Below are positions 9,067-18,593 of a stretch of 64,000 bases of DNA, piece by piece. The stretch is taken from NCBI GenBank assembly GCA_044225175.1, contig JBGAJA010000003.1, positions 69,428 to 133,427 of the forward strand, in the 5' to 3' direction. Position numbers and translations under genes: made by a program. The stretch's first letter is position 1; each line of letters starts with the position of its first letter. A model generated the notes under the pieces. That model did not search any database. It was not told the origin of the DNA and saw nothing but the letters and a program-made list of their open reading frames with translations. This stretch comes from Candidatus Omnitrophota bacterium. GTDB lineage: Bacteria > Omnitrophota > Gorgyraeia > Zapsychrales > Fredricksoniimonadaceae.

Positions 9067-10629
9067 TATTTCGTTTTTGAGGTATAAATCCTCCCAACCA
9101 GTTGTATTTGCAATAGTTTGCAGAGGTTCGAACCGGTTGTGGAGGATTTTTATTTCAGGAGCGAGTCCCAAAAGGAAAGAAAATTTTTGCTCGACGGTAA
9201 TATCAAGTTTTCGATCTTGTAAGAGAAGGTTCGAACTTAACTCCGCAGTAATACTTTGTTTGACCTGCCAGTCGCCTTCCTGAAACCGTTTTTTGGCCGA
9301 TTCTGCAAAGTTAAAGGCCTTTTCCGCCGCATCAATCCAATTAGGGCTAGAAGAAGCGTTTAAAGAAGACTCTAGGCTTTCTTTTTCTTTTAAGAGGGCG
9401 CTCCGTTTAGCCGCGTATTCTTCTGCAGTGATTTCTTCATTTACTCGGAGGCTGAGAAGGGTATCGAGTTTTCTTATCGCTGTTACCACCTTTTCTTGGA
9501 TGGCATTTTTGCTGTTAAGGGATGCGGTATCATCGTGTTCATTTTCTGCCCTTAGCTGTTTAATAGCCCATTGATGGAAAGGGAGAGGAATGGAAATTTG
9601 ATCCAAGACCCCCAAGATTTGTTGATCTATTTCATCATTGCGGACGGCGGGTTGAGAGCAATCACGATTGATGCGTTTGGTGCAATGGTAATAAGTATAG
9701 TTATGAATATTCCCGTTCTTTTGATGTTTTGTTCGATGCTCAGAAGTGATCGATGCGCCACATTCTCCACAGCGAACTAACCCTCTAAAAGCAAAACCGC
9801 CGCGTTTCTTCAGCTGTTTAACCCGACCGTCCAGAATATCTTGGGCAAGATCAAACTCCGCTTTTGAAATCATGGGTTCATGGACACCTTTATATCTTTT
9901 GCCTTGCCAATCGAATTCGCCATAATAAAAAGGATTTCTTAATATCCTATAAAAACTGCTACGACCAAATTCTTTTCCAGCTCTTCCTCTAAGGCCCATT
10001 TTGGTCGCTCTCAAATAGATTTGTTCAGCCGAACATTTTTCTTCTAACAGGATGTTCCAGACTTGTTTCATGATTGGAAAGAGGTGGGGATCCGAATAGA
10101 TGGGAAGGTGTTCCGGTAAATTATGGCGATTGTTTAAATAACCGATTGGAGGCTTATGGGGGAGCCAACCTTTCTCAGCCTTAGCCCGTTGACCACGTTT
10201 GGTATTTAGGCTTAGATCCAAGATAAACTGATTGGCCATCCCGAATTCGACACTCATCATTAAGACGTTATCGGAAGGAAGGTAGCCTTTTTGGAAGGTC
10301 TGGATGTGCTGTAGGACGCCTTGTTGAAGCATCCAGGTGATATTGCCGCCATCAACCGGATTACGTGCTAGGCGGTCTAGTTTCCAACACAGAATGCCAT
10401 TTGCTTTGCCCTCATGGATCTGCTGGAGCATTTGATTAAAAACTGTTCGACCTGGTGCTTTGGCAGACTTTTCTTCAGTGCAAGTGCCGATGATATTTAA
10501 ATTAAGGTCTTTAGCCAGTCTTTTGAGCTCTTCGATTTGGGAGGGAATAGATGCGACTTGCTTATCTTCATTTTCTGATGATTTGCGTGCGTACAGTAGG
10601 TATTTATTAGCTATAGATAAAGATGTCAT
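9055..10629 (-). mobile_element. Large serine recombinase (resolvase/invertase N-domain, recombinase domain and Zn-ribbon); island integrase
   Basis: The N-terminus LLYARKSSENEDKQVASIPSQIEELK carries the catalytic Ser context of serine recombinases. At 524 aa it has the large C-terminal extension. The gene's 3' end overlaps the last 9-12 nt of tRNA-His. Confidence 0.8.
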
Positions 10630-10799
10630 TTTTCAATACGTTTAAGTAATTTTAGTAGATCCGATTTCTTATATAAACGGTAATTGTTCATAGGATGCCG
10701 GTGGGGTGTTAATTTGCCTTGCTTGTCCCAATTTCGTAGTGTTTGACTGGTTATTTTAAGTAGTTTTGCAGCATCTTTGATGCGAAATAGTTCAGACAT
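10626..10799 (-). CDS. 57-aa MerR/excisionase-family HTH protein, candidate recombination directionality factor
   Basis: MSELFRIKDAAKLLKITSQTLRNWDKQGKLTPHRHPMNNYRLYKKSDLLKLLKRIEK. Its stop overlaps the recombinase start as ATGA. It is below the ORF-track size cutoff. Confidence 0.6.
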   Translation of the reverse strand: MSELFRIKDAAKLLKITSQTLRNWDKQGKLTPHRHPMNNYRLYKKSDLLKLLKRIEK

Positions 10800-10863
10800 T
10801 GGGATCTCCTAACCTTATAAAACATTATAAATTATAACTCGAGTTATCATTGTATTCAACGAC

Positions 10864-11361
10864 TTATTTTTGTGATTCTTTTAAATATGCTTTGGCTTCT
10901 TTAGGTGAATATCCATATTGGAAAAGACGTTCAAATTGGTGGCTGTTTCTGCAACTTTGGTAAGTTAAATCATGACAGTGTCTGCAACCAAAGTATTTAT
11001 CTACTAAATAAAGTATTCCCACGCGTTTTAGGCAAGGAACACTGTTCTTTACAAGGGGACAAATAAACCACCATTTTTTATCTCCTATAAAGTGGCTGGG
11101 GGTAGAGGTGAGTTTGACCTTGTAATCCATAGTATTTCGTCCATCCATTTCTTGATTTGTAAAAGTGTACATAAGGCGCATATATTTATCATTAGGATTA
11201 ATTGATATGATGAATTGAATGCTTCCTAATTCTTGACCAGAAGGGTCTTGCCAAGACATCACCCCTTTCTTTATGCCAGTAAAAAAGCCTTTTTTATTTA
11301 GTCTTACAGTACTTATGGAATTGCACTCTTCCACAGTTAATTTCTTAGCATGACGCCCCAT
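10864..11361 (-). CDS. Cys/His-rich hypothetical protein (possible Zn-binding)
   Basis: 165-aa ORF with CxxxxxxxxC and CRHCH clusters. No known family recognised. Confidence 0.4.
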   Translation of the reverse strand: MGRHAKKLTVEECNSISTVRLNKKGFFTGIKKGVMSWQDPSGQELGSIQFIISINPNDKYMRLMYTFTNQEMDGRNTMDYKVKLTSTPSHFIGDKKWWFICPLVKNSVPCLKRVGILYLVDKYFGCRHCHDLTYQSCRNSHQFERLFQYGYSPKEAKAYLKESQK

Positions 11362-11414
11362 TTGCGATCTCCTTTTTTCTAAATCATCGATGATTTATTT
11401 AATCTTATTTACTT

Positions 11415-12077
11415 TTATGTAACGCTATCTACTGTGCCGTTAAATGTTCTTTTGATTTCATGGATTTTCTTAAGACTTTCATCATCAATATCTTTAAGCT
11501 TTACCATTTCTTCATGCGTGTATATGATCCCATCTTCAAAATGGATACAACCGTCTTTAGACACAAAATGTAATTCCAGCTTCTCTGAGAAAAATCTTCT
11601 GGGGAGCTTTGGGACGTTTGGGACGGCATTAACAAGACTACTTTTCAAAGAGAAGTCAGCAGGTTTGGTTATAGATTCTTTTCGTGTGTGAGTCTCATTA
11701 ACATGTCCCAAGTGTCCCAACACATTCTTCTCAATGACCAATGGTTTATGTTTTTCTGCGGGTTTAATCTTCATTAAAGATCCAGTTCTTGGGTGAAGGG
11801 ATACTTTGTCATTTTTGGTAAAACTATTTTCTTTAATGCCAACAAGTGCGAATATTCGTTGATAATGATTTCCACCCTTGCCGCCGGCATTAACCACACA
11901 TCCAAATGCCCCAGTAGAAGCAACAAAAAGGTGGTTGCCTTTTTGATCATGCCCAGTCTCCGCGCAAGCCGGACACTGGGCAATGATATTATTTCCTTGA
12001 TGTTTGACTTTTGAAAGTTTACTGATGTCCAACATCTTTGAGCCTAACTTTTCTATAACCTTTATGGTCTTTTCCAT
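11415..12077 (-). CDS. Zn-ribbon protein (primase-type CPxC ... FGC zinc-binding domain) encoded downstream of the primase-helicase
   Basis: Motif AQCPACAETGHDQKGNHLFVASTGAFGCVVNAGG resembles the primase zinc-binding domain. The track ORF (to 12206) overlaps the upstream gene by 188 nt, so an internal Met start (12077 or 12035) is more likely. Confidence 0.45.
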   Translation of the reverse strand: MEKTIKVIEKLGSKMLDISKLSKVKHQGNNIIAQCPACAETGHDQKGNHLFVASTGAFGCVVNAGGKGGNHYQRIFALVGIKENSFTKNDKVSLHPRTGSLMKIKPAEKHKPLVIEKNVLGHLGHVNETHTRKESITKPADFSLKSSLVNAVPNVPKLPRRFFSEKLELHFVSKDGCIHFEDGIIYTHEEMVKLKDIDDESLKKIHEIKRTFNGTVDSVT

Positions 12078-14109
12078 TTCTGGGAATGGATCCAGATTTA
12101 GGTGTTGAGAATAATTCCAACATGTATTTTTCCAATTCTTTGGGAATAACGGTTGGAGGCTTTGGATTCCATTGTTTCTCAGCGCAGTATTCAGAATAGG
12201 CGTCAATGATTTCTTGAGTAGTTAGAGTAGAGGGGGCATCTTTTATTACTCTGTCATTGAGGAAATGTCTGATGCTATCGCTTTCTGATAACAACGCTTC
12301 TACGATGGATTTTTGATTATCTTCAAGGTGAATATCACCATATTTATTGATATCATTAAAGATCATAGCAAGGCCATGAAGCGCCCAATTCAGAATGCCA
12401 GATCCTTCTTCTTTGATGAGTAAATCTGCAAAATCAGGGATCTTTTTAATTGGAGGAGGGCATTCAAATCTTACTATTAAAAGACGCCGTCTCCAAGCGC
12501 CGGCATCAGAGTATAAGCGTATTTGAAGGCGAGAATTAGAGGTGATTACAACGCAGAATTTACCTTGGATTGGAAAATTTCCAGTTCCTCCTTTTTGTTC
12601 CGCATCAAACCAATCGCCACCGACTAACCCTTTGATAACGTGGGCACCTTTCTCAGAGAGGAAGTTCCCCGGAACATCAACTCCAACCAAGAGGGTTTTC
12701 TTTAAGTAACGATATAGTTCAAATCGTTCGCTGAGGTGTTTTGTACGTAATTCGGTAAAGTTTGCTCTTCCTATCAGATGTTGAATGATTAAAGATAATT
12801 GTGATTTTCCCCGACCAGATTCTCCATCAAGGATAAGGAATCGCTGAATAAGATTTCTTCCCAATAAGCAGAGGCCAAAATACTTTTGGATGATCGTTGA
12901 ATCAGACGCACTAACAGCAGGGAGGAGTAGTTCATTTAGGAATCTGGGGCATTTTGCATCTTTATCGTATGGGATTGGACATTGGTTTCTCGAATAAAAA
13001 TCAGGAGAGAAACTAACAAAATCTGCTTCATTGGTGTCGTTAAATACAATGATCCCATTTGCAAGATGTACAAATTTCTTATTTTCTTTGTCAAAGGCAT
13101 TTTGTTTTTCACTAATACCTTTTAATTGAGTGACGATATGAGTAAGGCAGGTGTTATACCTTTTTAATTCAAGTGATGGGATTTCTTGTTCGCGGGAGAC
13201 TTCCAATATTCTAGAAGAGATTTCTTGCTTAATTTGATCAATTGAGAGAGTCTCACGGAGGCCTGTTTCTGGATTATAAATATAGAAAGCCTTTTCATTA
13301 GGCTCAAAAAGTAAAATGTGTTCATGGTTGTACGTGCCCGCCCAAAAACATTCATTAATGGCGTAAACAATTCTTTTATCGTTTATATAATATGGTTCAC
13401 CGTAAAGATTAATTAATTCTTTGAGATCCCCCGTTGATTCTATTTCTTCAGACACTGTTTCTTTTTCAAGAGGGGGTTCATAGTAAGGCGTGTTTTGTAT
13501 TATTTCTTCGAAGTCTGATTTTTGTCCTCCAGCTTCTATCCAATCGGAAATATCTTTCACAGCAGTGTTGTTAATATCAGGTAATTCAATTATTTTTAGT
13601 TTGATCCCTTGGGGGGCTAATTTATTAGTAATATCAAATGCATGGTTACGTCCAACCTCATCTTTATCGGGCAGTATAATAACCTCCTGAGCGTCCTTAA
13701 TTGAATCTGTGTAGTTATTTTTCCATTTGCCAGCTCCCATGGCGCATGTAGTGGTAGCGTAACCCCATGAGGCAAGGTTATCTGCATCTTTTTCTCCCTC
13801 GCAAATAAAGATTGGTTGGCCCTGTTTAATCGCTTCAATTATTTCTGGTAAGTGGTATAAAACTGGTTCCACGGTCTCTAACCAGACTGCATTCGCTGAA
13901 GGAGGGGCAGACTTATCATTTGAACAATTCTTTATTAGCGAATAAGATCCCAAAGGCTCACGTTGTTCATACCAACCTTCATTACGTCCATAGGCAAAAA
14001 ATCCATTGCAGGGGCGCCCTTGAAAGAAATCTTTCTTGTCTGTGCGTAAAATTTGAAAAATAATATTTCCTCGAGTGTCTCTGTAGTCATACTTTTTTAC
14101 TATGTTCAT
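12019..14109 (-). CDS. Bifunctional DNA primase (TOPRIM) / SF3 (D5-like) helicase, replication protein of an integrative element
   Basis: TOPRIM motifs IFICEGEKDADNL and IILPDKDEVGRN; Walker A GESGRGKSQLSL in the C-terminal half. Confidence 0.75.
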   Translation of the reverse strand: MNIVKKYDYRDTRGNIIFQILRTDKKDFFQGRPCNGFFAYGRNEGWYEQREPLGSYSLIKNCSNDKSAPPSANAVWLETVEPVLYHLPEIIEAIKQGQPIFICEGEKDADNLASWGYATTTCAMGAGKWKNNYTDSIKDAQEVIILPDKDEVGRNHAFDITNKLAPQGIKLKIIELPDINNTAVKDISDWIEAGGQKSDFEEIIQNTPYYEPPLEKETVSEEIESTGDLKELINLYGEPYYINDKRIVYAINECFWAGTYNHEHILLFEPNEKAFYIYNPETGLRETLSIDQIKQEISSRILEVSREQEIPSLELKRYNTCLTHIVTQLKGISEKQNAFDKENKKFVHLANGIIVFNDTNEADFVSFSPDFYSRNQCPIPYDKDAKCPRFLNELLLPAVSASDSTIIQKYFGLCLLGRNLIQRFLILDGESGRGKSQLSLIIQHLIGRANFTELRTKHLSERFELYRYLKKTLLVGVDVPGNFLSEKGAHVIKGLVGGDWFDAEQKGGTGNFPIQGKFCVVITSNSRLQIRLYSDAGAWRRRLLIVRFECPPPIKKIPDFADLLIKEEGSGILNWALHGLAMIFNDINKYGDIHLEDNQKSIVEALLSESDSIRHFLNDRVIKDAPSTLTTQEIIDAYSEYCAEKQWNPKPPTVIPKELEKYMLELFSTPKSGSIPRNGKDHKGYRKVRLKDVGHQ

Positions 14110-14290
14110 GACGGGTTTCCTTTTTGTGTACTATTTTGTAGAATCTGATTAAATGCATAGCCAGCTCAGCAGCTTCGTCTGTTGATAAATCAATTCCGAA
14201 GGTTGATTTATAAATATTACGGAATTCGTTGGTAGCTTCTTTAGTTAACATTGTCAGACAATAAAAAACCCTATAAGTTAAGATGCTCAT
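14087..14290 (-). CDS. Small hypothetical protein upstream of the primase gene
   Basis: 67-aa ORF overlapping the primase start by 23 nt. No homolog recognised. Confidence 0.3.
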   Translation of the reverse strand: MSILTYRVFYCLTMLTKEATNEFRNIYKSTFGIDLSTDEAAELAMHLIRFYKIVHKKETRHEHSKKV

Positions 14291-14406
14291 AGGGTAATAC
14301 GAAAATATCCGTTTGTGATCGCACTAGAAAATGATTTCTTTAATGCGGGGTTAGAGCTTAGGGATTGTTAGGTGGGCTTGGATGTAATTGATTGATAAAT
14401 ATGAAG

Positions 14407-15159
14407 TTATAGTTTTAATAGATCAGATAGATAAACAGGATGATCGTCATCTAGGAGTCCCATTTCTGCATAAAATTCTATTTGCTTTTTTGGTCGATCT
14501 CTATACTCGGCGAGAATTCTTTGAATTTGAGACTCGCTAAGATCATATTTATTGAATTCATTTTCAGGAATATTCTTTTCAAGATAATTCGCTAGACGTA
14601 TTTTTATTTCTTTGAGAGGAAAACGACCTTTTTTCCAGCCTAAATCTTTAAGACATTTTATAAGGTAATTATTTCGCATTTGAGTGGCATGGTTAGCCCG
14701 AGGATTCTTTCTACCATCATTAAGAAATTCAAGTTTTCGCAGAATGGTTTTTGTGTCGGTCAAATATTTGGGCCCATCGATCGGTATTCTTTTGTTCTTA
14801 AAAATGGAAATAGGTAGTTCAATGGAGTCTTTAGGAAAGCTATCTTGATAAATATAGGTGGGAATTGAATCTTGAATTATTTTGTGAAAAAAATCTCCGT
14901 ATTGTTTTTGAACAATTTTCGGCAGCATATGGTTTAGGTATTTACCCTTCCAGTAAACCATGAAATTATTATGCTCTGTTTTTTGTCCTTCTGGTTTAAG
15001 GGAATTAGAAGGAAGTTCAGAATAAAAGGCGGCAGAAAAATCTTTGAAGATTAAAACAGGTGGTTGATGCTTAATGGGAATAATAACCACACCATTAAGG
15101 TTTTTAAAGTGCCAGTAATCGATGGAGAAGCGTTCAGATTCGGTATCCATATAAAACAT
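14407..15159 (-). CDS. Hypothetical protein (island cargo)
   Basis: 250-aa ORF with typical coding composition. No family recognised. Confidence 0.45.
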   Translation of the reverse strand: MFYMDTESERFSIDYWHFKNLNGVVIIPIKHQPPVLIFKDFSAAFYSELPSNSLKPEGQKTEHNNFMVYWKGKYLNHMLPKIVQKQYGDFFHKIIQDSIPTYIYQDSFPKDSIELPISIFKNKRIPIDGPKYLTDTKTILRKLEFLNDGRKNPRANHATQMRNNYLIKCLKDLGWKKGRFPLKEIKIRLANYLEKNIPENEFNKYDLSESQIQRILAEYRDRPKKQIEFYAEMGLLDDDHPVYLSDLLKL

Positions 15160-15311
15160 TATAAATGCAGTAATAATTTTGACCAGTTTTGATTTAGTGT
15201 TTAATTTACAAAAACATCCGAAGGTGATAATCTAATTACAATTACCATGGAGGCGGTATCGATTAATAGCCTTTAAATACATATTTAGGAACACGCTTTC
15301 CTAATTTCCAC

Positions 15312-15396
15312 CAACTTGCAGGAGGAAAGGACTGTGTCCCGACGCACTTTATTGTGCGTTCGGGGCAGGCGGTCTTTCGCTTTTACCTGCAAGTTG
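15312..15396. other. GC-rich nested stem-loop element: 11-bp outer helix enclosing a 10-bp inner hairpin. Candidate structured RNA or origin/regulatory site of the island.
   Basis: Perfect 11-bp outer inverted repeat CAACTTGCAGG at 15312-15322 / CCTGCAAGTTG at 15386-15396. Inner hairpin CCCGACGCAC (15338-15347) / GTGCGTTCGGG (15354-15364) with one bulge. It lies in a 257-nt divergent intergenic region. Confidence 0.35.
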
Positions 15397-15467
15397 GGCG
15401 ATCGACTTAAAAATGCTTGCCCCTTTTTTATTTGTTCAAGGGGAAGCAAAATAAAAAAGGGGGCAAG

Positions 15468-16019
15468 GTGAGAAATATTTTATTAGTTTTAATGAGTTTT
15501 TTGTTAGCTGGCTGTGCTGCTCTAGGCATCGAAAATTTACCTGGAACTATAAGTGAGCGTGTTTCTGGTTTTGATAACACTAAAGAAATAACTATGGAAC
15601 CAGCATGGATTACCGGTGGCCCCATTAAGCTGAATTTATATAAAACTTCTAAAATGGCAGAGAATGAAGCGATTTTAGTGGTCACCGTAAAAGGCGCCTA
15701 TAATTTTTCTAATAAAAGTTCCTTACAGATTAATATTGATGGGAATATAGTCACACTTGAGTCTATAGATGTGCTTACTGATGTTTCAACAGATCCGGGG
15801 GTGTACAATTCAGTTGTCTCTATTTCAGCAGAAAATTGGTCATCTAAACGGTATGAGGTTACAAAAGATCTTGTGAAGAAATTAATTGATGCTAAGGAGG
15901 CCTGGGTAAAAGTTAATTTATTTAAAGATTATGTTGAGGGGAACTTCTCAACAGATAAGCCTATGATGGCGCGACCAGCATTTAGGGAGTTTTATAAAAA
16001 AGCTTGGGAAGCTAAATAA
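15468..16019 (+). CDS. Lipoprotein (lipobox LLAGC)
   Basis: GTG start 15468 preceded by GGGGG; signal peptide (M)RNILLVLMSFLLAGC. The track ORF starts further upstream at TTG 15417. Confidence 0.55.
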   Translation: MRNILLVLMSFLLAGCAALGIENLPGTISERVSGFDNTKEITMEPAWITGGPIKLNLYKTSKMAENEAILVVTVKGAYNFSNKSSLQINIDGNIVTLESIDVLTDVSTDPGVYNSVVSISAENWSSKRYEVTKDLVKKLIDAKEAWVKVNLFKDYVEGNFSTDKPMMARPAFREFYKKAWEAK

Positions 16020-16110
16020 GAAGGGGGCAGATGAAGTAGATTATTTGTGCAGTAGGCATATTTTCTAGTATTTCTTTAAATGTTTTTGCTGCAGGAATAT
16101 AGGGAGGATT

Positions 16111-16380
16111 ATGAAAAATAAGATAAATAACTTGGATGTCGGTAAGAATAAGATGAAAGTGAGCCTGGAGTTAATGTTTGTGGTGGGAGCAATAGTATTC
16201 GTAGTTTTTTTTACATGGGTAACATTATTTTCAGGATTTCATGTAGCTCCATCTCAGGTGGGAACTGTGTTTATGACAATGGGTGTTTCGGTAATTGTAT
16301 TAATATTCTTTATAAATAGATTGATGCAACCAAAGATTCTTGAAGGGGGAATAAGGAGCTTGTTCTTAAGGAAGTCGTAG
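16111..16380 (+). CDS. Small two-TM membrane protein
   Basis: SD AGGGAGGATT immediately upstream of the ATG; two hydrophobic helices. Confidence 0.5.
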   Translation: MKNKINNLDVGKNKMKVSLELMFVVGAIVFVVFFTWVTLFSGFHVAPSQVGTVFMTMGVSVIVLIFFINRLMQPKILEGGIRSLFLRKS

Positions 16381-16400
16381 GAGTTGTTGGGCGTTTAGAA

Positions 16401-16814
16401 TTGCTGCCTGATAAGATTAGGATTTCAAGAAAAGGGGCTGGAGCGCTATTTACTCATGGATTTAAGGGTGATAAAGAAATCTTTATAAAGTATATTTCTT
16501 CAATTCAGTTTAAAAAGGCGGGTTTAATAATCAATGGATACATTCAGTTTGCCTTTTTAGGGGGACAGGAGTCAAAATCAGGTTTATATAGTGCCGTTCA
16601 AGATGAAAATACTATAGTGTTTAATTCTTATCAGCAGAAGGATTTTGAAGAAATAAAGGCTATGATTGAGTCTAAGATGGCGACCACAGAGAATAATAAT
16701 TCCTCAATAGATAAAAATTTGGAAGATTTAGAAAGATTGGCTAATTTGAAACAAAAGGGGATTCTTACTGAAGAAGAGTTTCAATTAAAGAAAGAACAAA
16801 TTTTGCGATTGTAA
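16401..16814 (+). CDS. SHOCT-domain protein with bacterial PH-like N-terminal domain
   Basis: C-terminal LERLANLKQKGILTEEEFQLKKEQIL matches the SHOCT motif. TTG start. Confidence 0.55.
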   Translation: MLPDKIRISRKGAGALFTHGFKGDKEIFIKYISSIQFKKAGLIINGYIQFAFLGGQESKSGLYSAVQDENTIVFNSYQQKDFEEIKAMIESKMATTENNNSSIDKNLEDLERLANLKQKGILTEEEFQLKKEQILRL

Positions 16815-16864
16815 AATAGTGGGATATTTTTGATTTATAAATTAAAAATGAAAGGTGAATAGAT

Positions 16865-17290
16865 ATGAAAAGAATTCTAGTTTTACTCTTGTGTTTTGGA
16901 TTGGTAGGGTGTGCGACGGTTCCATCTTTAGGAGAAAAATCAACATTATTAAAAGTTGGAATGTCTAAAAGTGAGGTTACTCAACTTTTGGGAGTTCCTA
17001 AGACTACTTCAGTGAATAAGACAGATGATGGTATTGTTGAGAAATGGTCATATTGGGTGAAAAAAATGGTTGGGTATGTAATGTTTGATGATCCCAATTT
17101 AGCTGGATTAGGCAATCGGTTAACGGTAACATTTAAGAATGACGTTGTTCAATCATGGGGTGATCAACTAGATTACAGTAATATGATTGATCAAAGTACA
17201 CAGGTCATGAAAGAAGCAATGAAGAATATGCAGCCAATTCAAGTTGAGCAAACAGTCTATCAAAGCAATAAAGCGGATTCTAAGAAGTAG
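16865..17290 (+). CDS. Lipoprotein (lipobox LVGC)
   Basis: MKRILVLLLCFGLVGCAT signal peptide/lipobox; SD AAAGGTGAA upstream. Confidence 0.6.
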   Translation: MKRILVLLLCFGLVGCATVPSLGEKSTLLKVGMSKSEVTQLLGVPKTTSVNKTDDGIVEKWSYWVKKMVGYVMFDDPNLAGLGNRLTVTFKNDVVQSWGDQLDYSNMIDQSTQVMKEAMKNMQPIQVEQTVYQSNKADSKK

Positions 17291-17449
17291 GCGTAGCACG
17301 CTGTCTTTTGACTTTTGTATTAGGATAAATAAGACCCTCTGGGATTTAATAAATTGCAGGGGGTTTTTATTTGGAGTAGACTTATAAGAATATGAATCGG
17401 GGGATATTGCTATTCGAATTTAAAGAACAGATGATAAAATTAAAGATCA

Positions 17450-18394
17450 TTGATGAATAAGAATTCTATTAAAAAACAATTAGCACAAGACCTGCCGGAT
17501 CGAATTAGATTTCTTTCTAGGAAGATTGCAAGAAAACCATCCTCATTTAGGTCAAGATGGGCCGTCTCTATAGATCAATCTTTTGATCTTTATACTAATA
17601 CAAGTACGGTCAATCTTATACAAAGCATCAATAATATGTTGGCTGAGGAAAATTGGCCTTTACCAGCATATCTTAATGCAAAGGGCGAAATATATAGACT
17701 TTCTCCTCTTCCAGGATTGATCAATTCTTTAAAGAGCTTCATTGGACTTAGCAGGCTTGTTTTAATTCTGATGTCTCTAAATGTTGGTCTAAATAAGAAG
17801 AAGACTTTTGATGCTCACATGTCTAACTTTTCTAGATTTTATGCAAAAGACATTTTCAGTGATTTAAAACTCAATCCTTTATTAAAAGAGAAAAGACTAA
17901 TTATTAATGAGATTGAGAAAGCGTATAGATTAAGAATGTGGGCAACATGTATTACTACTATGGTGCCTATATTTGATTTTGTTATGAGATCTTACTTTGG
18001 TTCTCAAGACCTGAAGATTTCTATTCAGACATTACGGGACGCTTTTGGAAAATCTGGTCTCAAGCCAAAAGATTTGAAGCCAGGTCATGCTATTTGGGAG
18101 GCGCGTGAAAATCCTCATAAAGGTAATACCTTTACCAAATCGATAGAAGAGGATCTTCGGCTTCCAGGCGTTTATTTATCTTCATTCTTTGAGTTCGCAG
18201 ATAGATACTACGGATGGTATGAATCTACGGATAACCCCGATGCTCTTCTCAATAGACATGCTATTATACATTGTTCTACAGGATGTTGGAACGAGCCTAA
18301 TGCGATCAGGCTGCTGACATTCTTAGATTTAACCCTTAAACTTGAGAATGTATTAAAAACTTTAATACATGGGGACACTTTTGTTGATACTTAA
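17450..18394 (+). CDS. Hypothetical protein, possible partner of the downstream DUF4238 protein
   Basis: 314-aa ORF. No recognised family. Confidence 0.45.
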   Translation: MMNKNSIKKQLAQDLPDRIRFLSRKIARKPSSFRSRWAVSIDQSFDLYTNTSTVNLIQSINNMLAEENWPLPAYLNAKGEIYRLSPLPGLINSLKSFIGLSRLVLILMSLNVGLNKKKTFDAHMSNFSRFYAKDIFSDLKLNPLLKEKRLIINEIEKAYRLRMWATCITTMVPIFDFVMRSYFGSQDLKISIQTLRDAFGKSGLKPKDLKPGHAIWEARENPHKGNTFTKSIEEDLRLPGVYLSSFFEFADRYYGWYESTDNPDALLNRHAIIHCSTGCWNEPNAIRLLTFLDLTLKLENVLKTLIHGDTFVDT

Positions 18395-18593
18395 ATAAGA
18401 TTAAACATTTAGTGAGATCCCGGTCTTGGAAATTTTTGTTTTTCAGAAGGGAAGATGCCCGACGGACTTTGTTACTAGGGTTTGTAATGAAACAACGTCG
18501 GTGTATGACTGTTTCAGTCATGGTGTAGCGTTCTAGACGGCTAACTTACCTCTCCCACAGACCTGATATTCACAAACAAGCAACGCGGAAAAT

